Shown: one piece after another, positions 63,510 through 64,000 of the stretch
Position numbering within the stretch: position 1 is the first letter of the stretch
Layout: the number at the start of each line of letters is the position of its first letter
Origin: Penicillus capitatus
Lineage: Eukaryota; Plantae; Chlorophyta
NCBI GenBank assembly: GCA_965649825.1
Contig: OZ287703.1
Coordinates: 987,722-1,051,721 of the forward strand
Reading direction: 5' to 3'
DNA: 64,000 nt
Program-made: the position numbers and the translations under genes
Notes under the pieces: generated by a model
What the model was told of the DNA's origin: nothing
The model's input: only the letters and a program-made list of their open reading frames with translations
The model's database searches: none

Positions 63510-63948
63510 ATGATTCAAGAATCTTCGACTTACTTCCCCTTCGACGGCACCTGCAAATGCAGTCGCGACGGGGACACGACGCTCATATTCGATTCCGGCA
63601 CGTCCTTGAAAACGCATTCCGCTGTGCTAAAGATCTCCTCTTCCGTCTTCGATTCGATGCTGACAGACCGTATTGGGCTGAAGCAACTGACGCTTACAGA
63701 AACTTCTCGCGAGACGTGGGTACACATCCTGAACCATCTTCATCCGGCCGCAACACTCGTTTTTGGACCCTTCAATCCTGTTTATTATGTCGGTCAACTG
63801 GTGAGGGTTGTGTTTTTGAACGCGGAAAGTCATGTGTGGTGTCCAGACCGATTTGTTGGAACAAGCAAAGGTGTTCTCGTTGGCATCACTATTCACCCTA
63901 GTTGATGATGCACTGTGTCGCGAGAAGATTCTACTGAGCCAAGATTGA
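63510..63948 (+). pseudogene. BTB family copy B14 (exons 63510-63800, 63847-63948), apparently truncated
   Basis: Family exon 1 is intact. Exon 2 (TDLLEQAKVF) stops after 33 codons, versus about 130 in paralogs. Confidence 0.6.
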
Positions 63949-64000
63949 ACCATAATCGCTGTCACATCACATGCATAAAATGGACAGGCGCGTTTATCTA

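Overview
Gene-dense eukaryotic DNA with very short (about 45-85 bp) spliceosomal introns and the standard genetic code. A compact algal/protist genome is plausible, but taxonomy cannot be fixed from this window. I found no rRNA, tRNA or CRISPR array. The window is a birth-and-death gene cluster. It holds 14 co-oriented (+ strand) paralogs of one BTB/POZ-like family (about 10 intact, 4 disrupted). Interleaved with them are two tandem ABCC/MRP transporters, a 76-aa ubiquitin variant lacking K11/K33/K48/K63 fused to a Cys-rich domain, and a large Pmp-like beta-helix membrane protein. Also present are a signal-peptide/trypsin/ankyrin fusion gene with one ankyrin repeat per exon, an F-box/LRR-like gene, two patatin-like genes and a WD40-like/TRP channel gene. 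Comparing paralogous blocks by eye exposes several tiny (116-439 bp) insertions with target-site duplications, most with TG..CA-like ends. It also shows a recurring mosaic in which machine-binding modules are homogenised while specificity modules stay divergent. Exon structures were reconstructed by hand from GT/AG signals and reading frames, and product names come from motif recognition, not database searches. BTB paralogs are labelled B1-B14 in window order.
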